This document shows, piece after piece, positions 59,666 through 64,000 of a stretch of 64,000 bases of DNA. How positions within the stretch are numbered: position 1 is the stretch's first letter; every line of letters starts with the position of its first letter. Below the pieces are notes generated by a model. It saw nothing but the letters and a program-made list of their open reading frames with translations, had not been told where the DNA came from and did no database searches. This DNA is from the human T2T-CHM13v2.0 reference genome, Homo sapiens. The stretch is taken from NCBI RefSeq assembly GCF_009914755.1, contig NC_060935.1, one strand, 5' to 3'. A program made the position numbers and the translations under genes.

Positions 59666-59921
59666 TACACAATATGTACACAATTTATATTTGTTGAGTA
59701 GAAACAGAATTTTTGTGGTGATTATGTTGTGGAACATTTTGTAAATAGCCAAGAACAAATGCATTATTAGTATTATTTTGGAGATCTAAGAGGTTCATAG
59801 AATTGCCATATGGTGTTGTGAACAATATGAATAAGTGAGCAAATTGATTAGAGAGCTTAGTTACAAAGCTTCAGTGACTAATGGTCTCTCGTCAACAAGA
59901 TGATGATGCTGTGGTGATACA

Positions 59922-59931
59922 GTCACGTGAG
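59922..59931. promoter_or_regulatory. CLEAR-like E-box GTCACGTGAG (motif only)
   Basis: Read directly, ~365 nt upstream of exon 17; function unproven. Confidence 0.3.
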
Positions 59932-60294
59932 GAGGGAGAACAGGGCGATTGGTGTAATTAGGTTGGCAAGTGTGACTTGAAGACTGGCAGGCTTAGCCCA
60001 GAAGTATGGTTGTTGAAGCATGCATATTGGGAGATTTAGAATAAAGAAAAACATAACAAGTAAAACACTTGCAGATGAAGAAACAGATTCACTGGAGTTT
60101 AAGTAACTTGCCTGAGGCAGAAATGTGATTCCATTACACACCTCCTGAGTCTTGATTTCTGTGCTCTTCACTTGGTCCACACCACATGCCAATGAATTTG
60201 AGGTTTGTGTATGAGAAACAAATAGGTCAGATGTGCTAGGACCTCTTCAGCATCCCCTGGGTCCAACCTCCCACGTGTCTTGTGTGTCTGGCAG

Positions 60295-60467
60295 AAGAGA
60301 ACGAGTTCATTCTGTATGCTGTGAGGAAATCCATCTACCGCTATGACCTGGCCTCGGGAGCCACCGAGCAGTTGCCTCTCACCGGGCTACGGGCAGCAGT
60401 GGCCCTGGACTTTGACTATGAGCACAACTGTTTGTATTGGTCCGACCTGGCCTTGGACGTCATCCAG
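60295..60467 (+). CDS. SORL1: SORL1 exon 17, 173 nt, start of YWTD propeller: (E)[57 protein letters not shown]
   Basis: ggcAG acceptor; GTGAGT donor at 60468; ALDFD...LYWSD LDLR class B repeat. Confidence 0.96.
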
Positions 60468-61544
60468 GTGAGTCAGCGCTTGGTCTGACTGTGGGAGCTG
60501 TGCATCGTGACTGCCCTGTCCTGATAAGCTGCATGCAGAATGGCCTATGGAAATGGGCAGTTAGAAGTTTGTAAGTGTTACTCATCTCAGGGCTGACAGG
60601 TGAAAGTTTCCAGTCTTCTGTGTTAGTATTTTTCTTTCTCTGTCTTCATCTGTTCATATAGGAAGGATAAAGAAAGCCCTAAATCCACAGACCTGCTTGA
60701 AAGTGAGGTCTTGCTTTTCCTGCTGGGAAGGTGTTGGGACTAGTAATGTAGGATGATTAGTTGCCCCCCTATTGTGCCAACTGCCTCTTGAGCATCTTTC
60801 TTCCCAAGCCATGATACAGTAACACTTGACTTACCCATAGCTCACATAATTATCCACTTCAGCTGTTCTGAACACAGGTAAGAACCAGGAAGTAAGCATT
60901 AAAGAGCCCTGGACAGGCCAGGTGGATAGCCATACGCTCACACCCATGCATTTAAAGGAGAGCTCTTTGATCTTTATTCATTGTCTACTTAATCCTTTTA
61001 GAAAAGCAATTCCAACAAATTTTTATCTAGATTCCAACCCAACAGAAATTTCACAGTGCCTGGGTATTTGAGGGGCTTGGGGTGGGGGATGGCGGTGATG
61101 CTGAATGGAGCTGTCCAACAATAGCACTTGATGGCTAAGAGCCTCACAGGGAAGAAAGAGTATAAAAGCAGACACAAGAACTGAAATGTAACAGCAGTCT
61201 GGTTTCACTTATTTTAAAAGCAAACAGACTCATACAATCTCAGTAATCTCTGACTTTATTATTGCCATACAGCATAATTTAGTAACCAGTGTTCATAATG
61301 ATAATGCAGAGTAATATATATGATTAAATTCTCTTTATTCTGCTTTAAAAAACAAAAATGTAGTATATTTTAGAAATGCTTTCATGAAAACCTGGCTTCA
61401 TGTGTCTGGAAAGTTTACTAACGTAAAACATCTCATCCCTTGCCAGTCCTGCCAGTTGAATAAAGGGTTACCCTTCATGGGACTGACTTGGCAGGGGGTC
61501 GTTTGAACAGTTCCTAGCATTTATTATTACTTTTCTCTCTTAAG

Positions 61545-61676
61545 CGCCTCTGTTTGAATGGAAGCACAGGGCAAGAGGTGATCATCAATTCTGGCCTGGA
61601 GACAGTAGAAGCTTTGGCTTTTGAACCCCTCAGCCAGCTGCTTTACTGGGTAGATGCAGGCTTCAAAAAGATTGAG
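61545..61676 (+). CDS. SORL1: SORL1 exon 18, 132 nt: [44 protein letters not shown]
   Basis: cttaAG acceptor; GTATGT donor at 61677; LYWVD repeat (absent from the ORF track, read by hand). Confidence 0.96.
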
Positions 61677-61990
61677 GTATGTGTATTTTCGTGCTGTTCT
61701 TAATTAAGGGAGCAGGCGGGGCACCTGGGCTTTGAGCCACATTTGACACAGAGGCAAGGGCCAGTGTGTCAGATTACTCAGGAAATTTACTGCGAGTTTC
61801 CAGAGAATGGACCAGCTGAGCCTCTGGAGAGGAGAGAAAAGGGGGTAAGTACCTGGGAGTTGATCTTTTGGCTAGCAGAAGCTTAGCTAATAACAATAAA
61901 TGGTAATATTTTTATTTTATTTATATATGTACTTACTTATTTTATTTATATATTATTTTTGTTTTATTTTACTACTTTTATTAAACATGA

Positions 61991-62027
61991 TGGCAAAAAC
62001 TACAATCACTTTTGCATCAGCCTAATA
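61991..62027. mobile_element. Half MADE1 (single Hsmar1-type TIR)
   Basis: TGGCAAAAACTACAATCACTTTTGCATCAGCCTAATA resembles the right half of the recalled MADE1 consensus, ending in TA. Confidence 0.7.
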
Positions 62028-63671
62028 TCATGGTATTATTATAATGCTATAACAATAATCGTCTAGTATTATTTTATTCGATTAGAGTGATAGCAACAAT
62101 ATCATCATCATCATCATCATTGCCACTGTTATTAATCCCCATTTCTCTGCAACTTAGCTACCTAGTAACCTGTCCCACCTTATATACCCAAGGCAAGGAT
62201 GATGAGTGACCTCTAAACTGCCAAATCTTTGTCTGGGGGAATGTAGTGTGCTCAGCTCACTGCCTCAGCACCTCTTTATACTGACTCTGCATGGAGAGAC
62301 GGCATGTGGGTGAAGTGGGAAGTGCAGTAGAAGCAGGGAGATGCAGAGGGCTAAGAGGAGTTGCAAGACGAAAGACACAGACTCGAGAGATAGACCCAGA
62401 TGTAGGCTTGACTCCACTAGCTCAGCGACATGGGGCAAGGTGCTTATGCTTTCTAAACTTCAGTTGCTTCATGCGTTAGATGGAGATTCATATATTCGCA
62501 CAACCATTTGACAGGGGTTCTCTGCATGATACATGTGGTTTAGGTTCTGATGATAAAGCAGTGGGCAGGACACACACGTTCTTGTTCCAGTAGAGCTTAG
62601 ATTTTAGTGGAGGAAGCAAAATAATAAATCAGTTCTGTTGGTGGTACATGCTGCAAAGACTCTGAAGCAGTGCAGTGTGATTGCGCTTTTGGAGAGTGGG
62701 GCAACATTAGAATAGGCAGACAGAGCAGGCAACTTGAGGTTGATGTCTTAGCTGAGCCCTGGCTGAGAAGAGGATGATCTTTTGTCCACCTCCTGGGGAT
62801 GCTGATAGAAGTGAACTGGCATCTACTGAATGCTGCCTCGGTGGTTATGTTATTGCTCTTTCTCTCCTTTCTTTAATTGCGTGTGGTCAGCACTTGGCTA
62901 GGGGCTAGAAGAATGCAGGTGATGCACAAGCACCCACCTTTTCACAGGCTGTGGGGCGACCACTGCACAACTCAAATACTGTTGGTGCAAAATGGTGTCA
63001 GATGAGCCAAGGTGCAGAGCTACTGATGCTTATTGGTCCAGGTGGGTCAGAAGAGTTAGGAAAGTAGGCAGGCCTGGCAGTGAGGTTTGAAGGAGAGTTA
63101 TGCCTTGATTAGATTAAGCAGTGGGGCAGGTAGGCCCAGGATGGGATGTGGCAAGAGCAGACAGCAGTGAGTCCGCATCAGGCTTGGAGAAGCAAGAGAT
63201 GACCAGCCTGGCTGACGGGAAGGAGCAAGAATATGAGTCCCACCTGTGGACTCTTCATTGCAAGGCTGTGACATTGAGAATTTGTTTTATGGGAGTGTGG
63301 AGTCATCGATTGCCTTGGAACGTGGAGTGACACGGGATGGTGAAATAAGTAAATGCTCATTTGCTTATTTACTTATTTGAGTAATTTACTTATTGATACT
63401 GCTTTGTCCAGATCATCATGCCCTGGAAACTGGGGCTTACATGGTTCTAGCTCCTCTTTCAGACCACTTGAAAATTGTCCCATGAGTCAGAGGAAGGAAC
63501 AGCGCATTGTGACTAGAAGTTGGGGCAGGTTTCGCAGATGGGTCAGGTCAGGGAAATAGGCAGGCATGGAGGGGGCATGTCTGTAGCAGAAGCTGAGTAG
63601 CCATCTTTGGCAATGGGGGTCTTTAAGGAGCTCCGATCCATCTCAGCCTCTTTTCCCCCTGTTTTTGTCAG

Positions 63672-63763
63672 GTAGCTAATCCAGATGGCGACTTCCGACT
63701 CACAATCGTCAATTCCTCTGTGCTTGATCGTCCCAGGGCTCTGGTCCTCGTGCCCCAAGAGGG
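63672..63763 (+). CDS. SORL1: SORL1 exon 19, 92 nt: [30 protein letters not shown](G)
   Basis: tgtcAG acceptor; GTAAGT donor at 63764; LDRPRAL motif of YWTD propellers. Confidence 0.95.
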
Positions 63764-64000
63764 GTAAGTGTTGCCCCAAAAGGAAATCAGTCTTGCGTCC
63801 AATGCTACACTAATAGATTCTCATGGAAACACAGACTGCGGGACAAAAACTCTGTTTCTCATGATGGTGGTTGAAATGGTCTATTAACTGAGAAGTTTGA
63901 GACCACAGCTTAGTCATCGTGGTCAGGTAACTCCGTTCGCTTTTTGTTAGCCAGTGTCAGAGTCTCTTTAGGCATCCAGATGTCTTGCATCTGTGGGTTG

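Overview
This is human (primate) genomic DNA from inside SORL1 (SORLA/LR11, sortilin-related receptor), transcribed on the + strand. I reconstructed 14 consecutive internal coding exons from AG/GT boundaries: 3217-3397, 19353-19454, 20502-20671, 27007-27199, 28934-29051, 29264-29337, 38813-38901, 49898-50076, 51593-51779, 56318-56446, 56943-57028, 60295-60467, 61545-61676 and 63672-63763. They splice into one 1905-nt open frame encoding most of the VPS10P beta-propeller (Asp-box repeats), the ten-cysteine 10CC module and the start of the YWTD propeller. The exon numbering (6-19) and residue range (~253-888) are recalled, not computed. Introns are repeat-rich: about 25 Alus, two near-full-length ancient antisense L1s, two THE1-type solo LTRs, plus MLT1, L2, MIR, MER5/MER58 and half of a MADE1. 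Most entries in the ORF track are repeat-derived or chance frames. I found no novel gene or biological system. The best leads are regulatory or structural: CLEAR/E-box palindromes, an intronic poly(A) signal after exon 6, inverted Alus that could form a stop-free exon 9-12 circRNA, tandem splice acceptors, tandem duplications and unusual Alu insertions.
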